Below are positions 61,785-64,000 of a stretch of DNA of 64,000 nt, piece by piece. Numbering within the stretch: position 1 is the first letter of the stretch; every line of letters starts with the position of its first letter. Made by a program: the position numbers and the translations under genes. Under the pieces are notes generated by a model. That model was not told the origin of the DNA and made no database searches. It saw nothing but the letters and a program-made list of their open reading frames with translations. Source of the DNA: Acidobacteriota bacterium (GTDB lineage: Bacteria > Acidobacteriota > UBA6911 > RPQK01 > JAJDTT01); the NCBI GenBank assembly GCA_965217775.1, contig CBDCJH010000002.1, positions 2,528,001-2,592,000 on the forward strand, in the 5' to 3' direction.

Positions 61785-64000
61785 TCATCTTTGAATCGGC
61801 ACCACCGGCAGCGTGGTGAAGATCCGGTTGCCGGTGTCCAGCTCCACCGCGACTCCCGTGAACAGGCCTTCCCCGAGAGCCGTGCATCTCACTGATCCGA
61901 CGAAGTCTCTGGTATCCGTCCGGGTGAAGACCTCTTCGATGAACCGGGCATGCTGCCCGTGGGCGTTGAGACGGATGTCCACCTCTTCCAGCGCCTCGCC
62001 CCCGCTCATCAACCGGCACCGCACCGTTGCGCGCTGCGCCGCCAGGTTGCGGATCGCCGCCGCGGTGCGGATCCCGGTTGGCTGCCGCCTCGCCGGGAAC
62101 AGGGCGTCCGTCGTGGTTTGACTCGCGCCCACGCCGGCCACGCCGACGCCGGGGATGTCGAAGCGCAGGACGCCGCCGAGGGATCCGTTCGCCACCACCC
62201 GCACCGATCCGGGCACCACCTCGCCCCGGCCGTGGGTCGAGATCGTCAACTCGCCCAGACGGGCCATGGCCGTTCGTACGGTCAGACTTCCGTCCTCTCG
62301 GACGAGAAGATGGTCTTCGACCTCCACCATCGACTCCGGCTCCAATAGCTCTCCGCCCTGATCGTAAAAGTAGATGGCGGGACGGGCGGTCGAAGCGGCC
62401 ACGTTCACCAGCACCAGGTCGGAGGTGATCAAGGTCCCGTCGCCGGAAGTTCCGTTGGCGAAATGGGCGAAGTTGAGTGTCGTTTCCTGGTCTTCGGCAG
62501 CCTCCGGGCCGATCGGCACCACCGGCAGCGTGGTGAAGATCCGGTTGCCCGCATCCAGCTCCACCGCCACTCCCGTGAACGACTCACCCGCCGGGACCGT
62601 ACAACGGACCGACCCCACGAAGTCCGTGGTGTCGGTCGCGGTGAACAGCTCCTCGATGAACTGGGCGGCCTGGCCGTTGGCGCTCAACGGGATCTCCCCC
62701 TCTTCCAGCACCCTGCCGTTCTTCAGCAACCGGCACTGCACGTCGACGGCCTCCATTCCCAGGTTGTGGATGGCCGCCGCGGTGCGGATCCCTCCGTCCT
62801 GCCGCCGGGCCGGGAACAGGGCGTCGGACGTGGGTTCGCTGGCGCCGACACCGGCGACGCCGATTCCGGGGATGTCGAAGCGGACTACGCCTCCGATGGG
62901 GCCGTCCGACACGACTCGGACCGATCCCGTCACCACTACGCCCCGGCCGTGGGTGGAGATCGTCAGCTCGCCCAGCGACGCGATCTCCGTCCGGGGCGAC
63001 AGCCCTCCGTCCTCCCGGATCTCCAGATCGTCCCCGACATCCACCACGGACTCGGCTTCAAACAGATCTCCCTCCCGGTCGAAGAAGTAGATGACGGGAC
63101 GAATCTCCGACTCGGCCACGTTCACCAGCACCAGGTCTGAGGTGATGAGCACGTCGTTGTCCGAAACCCCGTTGCCGAAATGGGCGAACTCCAGGATCAC
63201 CTCCTCGGCCATGGGCGTGGCCTCGACCGGGCTGGAGGGAGGACTTGGACCGACTGAATTCACCGCCCGCACCTCGAAGACGTAGGTCCGGCCATTGGTC
63301 AGTCCGGTGACCGTATGGGTCAGGTCCGTGGAACCGATGGAGGTCCAGTCCCCGGCCCGGTCGATCCGGAGCTCGTAGTCCGTGACGGCCGCGCGGCCGT
63401 CGCTCTCAGGCACCTTCCAGATCAGCTTCACTTCACCGTCCCCGGCTTCTGCCTGGAGGTTCAAGGGCGCTGTGGGCGCCGTCGCAGCCGGAGGCGGTGG
63501 TGGCGGTGGTGGTGGAGGTGGTGGCGGTGGTGGCGGCGGCGGTGGGGGAGGTGGAGGTGGTGGGGGAGGAGGGGGAGGTGGCGGAGGCGGGGTCGAGACT
63601 TCGTTGTCCTGGACCGTCACCCGGGCGCTCTGAGTCGAAGTGGGTCCCAGCCGGTACTCGTCTCCCGGCTGCAGCCGGGCGGTGACCAGGCTGGTGGATT
63701 CGGCGACGTCGTCATCGTCGGTCAACACTTCCAGCGTCGCCGTCTCCTGTCCGGTCCGGAACTCCACCTCCTCCGGCGGTTCGTACCCGCCCGAGGTCTC
63801 GATCATCGATCTCGTCTCCGTGACCTCCAGGTTCACCGTCAGTGGGGCCTCCGTCGGGGGTCCCCGCGTCAGGATGAACTCCACGGGGGCGCCTTCCGTC
63901 ACCGTCTCGGATCCCTCCTTGACCTGGATGGTCACCAGGGGCGGGTCCGCCCGGTGATCGGTCAACCCCTCCACGGCGTTACCCACCTCATCCTGGATCG
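61785..64000 (-). CDS. G6: 3' end of a further giant paralog (5'-partial): end of SwmB-like unit, Calx-beta-like, poly-Pro, Fn3, duplicated C-terminal domain
   Basis: The frame stays open past the track start (IQDEVGN up to the window edge). The sequence is nearly identical to the last ~735 aa of G2-G4. Confidence 0.93.
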   Translation of the reverse strand, partial: IQDEVGNAVEGLTDHRADPPLVTIQVKEGSETVTEGAPVEFILTRGPPTEAPLTVNLEVTETRSMIETSGGYEPPEEVEFRTGQETATLEVLTDDDDVAESTSLVTARLQPGDEYRLGPTSTQSARVTVQDNEVSTPPPPPPPPPPPPPPPPPPPPPPPPPPPPPPPPPPAATAPTAPLNLQAEAGDGEVKLIWKVPESDGRAAVTDYELRIDRAGDWTSIGSTDLTHTVTGLTNGRTYVFEVRAVNSVGPSPPSSPVEATPMAEEVILEFAHFGNGVSDNDVLITSDLVLVNVAESEIRPVIYFFDREGDLFEAESVVDVGDDLEIREDGGLSPRTEIASLGELTISTHGRGVVVTGSVRVVSDGPIGGVVRFDIPGIGVAGVGASEPTSDALFPARRQDGGIRTAAAIHNLGMEAVDVQCRLLKNGRVLEEGEIPLSANGQAAQFIEELFTATDTTDFVGSVRCTVPAGESFTGVAVELDAGNRIFTTLPVVPIGPEAAEDQETTLNFAHFANGTSGDGTLITSDLVLVNVAASTARPAIYFYDQGGELLEPESMVEVEDHLLVREDGSLTVRTAMARLGELTISTHGRGEVVPGSVRVVANGSLGGVLRFDIPGVGVAGVGASQTTTDALFPARRQPTGIRTAAAIRNLAAQRATVRCRLMSGGEALEEVDIRLNAHGQHARFIEEVFTRTDTRDFVGSVRCTALGEGLFTGVAVELDTGNRIFTTLPVVPIQR
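63489..63590 (-). repeat. Poly-proline tract, 34 Pro codons (G6)
   Basis: 102 nt of CCN codons. Confidence 0.95.

Noticed and set aside
1-64000. Diversity-generating retroelement, invertible shufflon or type I/V secretion locus
   Set aside because: No reverse transcriptase, recombinase, inverted cassette, ABC transporter, TpsB or barrel domain is visible. Such genes could still lie outside the window.

Overview
This GC-rich window is almost entirely one head-to-tail, minus-strand array of paralogous giant secreted proteins. In window order they are G1 (<1-15312, >5100 aa, missed by the ORF track because its stop is off the edge), G2 (15642-30134, about 4830 aa), G3 (30501-49238, 6245 aa), G4 (49561-60831, 3756 aa) and the 3' end of G6 (61785->64000). 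A 203-aa gene, G5 (60831-61442), is translationally coupled to G4. The paralogs share one chassis: signal peptide, variable N-terminal payload, Ca-binding GLUG beta-helix modules, 6-8 Ig-like/SwmB-like units of about 226 aa, a Calx-beta-like domain, 32-38 consecutive prolines, Fn3, and a duplicated, nearly invariant ~235-aa C-terminal domain that I cannot assign. The payloads differ. G1-G3 carry a degenerate subtilase followed by an intact His-less (sedolisin-like) subtilase. G3 adds Spondin_N and a PQQ sugar dehydrogenase propeller. G4 carries LRR plus a catalytically altered reprolysin/M12B domain, and what looks like its prodomain is the separate gene G5. All four intergenic regions contain the same promoter module: four GTGAWA direct repeats spaced 11/20/11 bp, with a -10 hexamer exactly 33 bp away. 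The module is followed by one of two leaders, either a candidate structured RNA with a possible pseudoknot or a cluster of GTAG-type REPs. No transporter, regulator, transposase, rRNA, tRNA or CRISPR is visible. All domain calls come from motif recognition by eye, not database searches. The domain mix resembles proteins from sponge-associated Acidobacteriota, which is only an inference.
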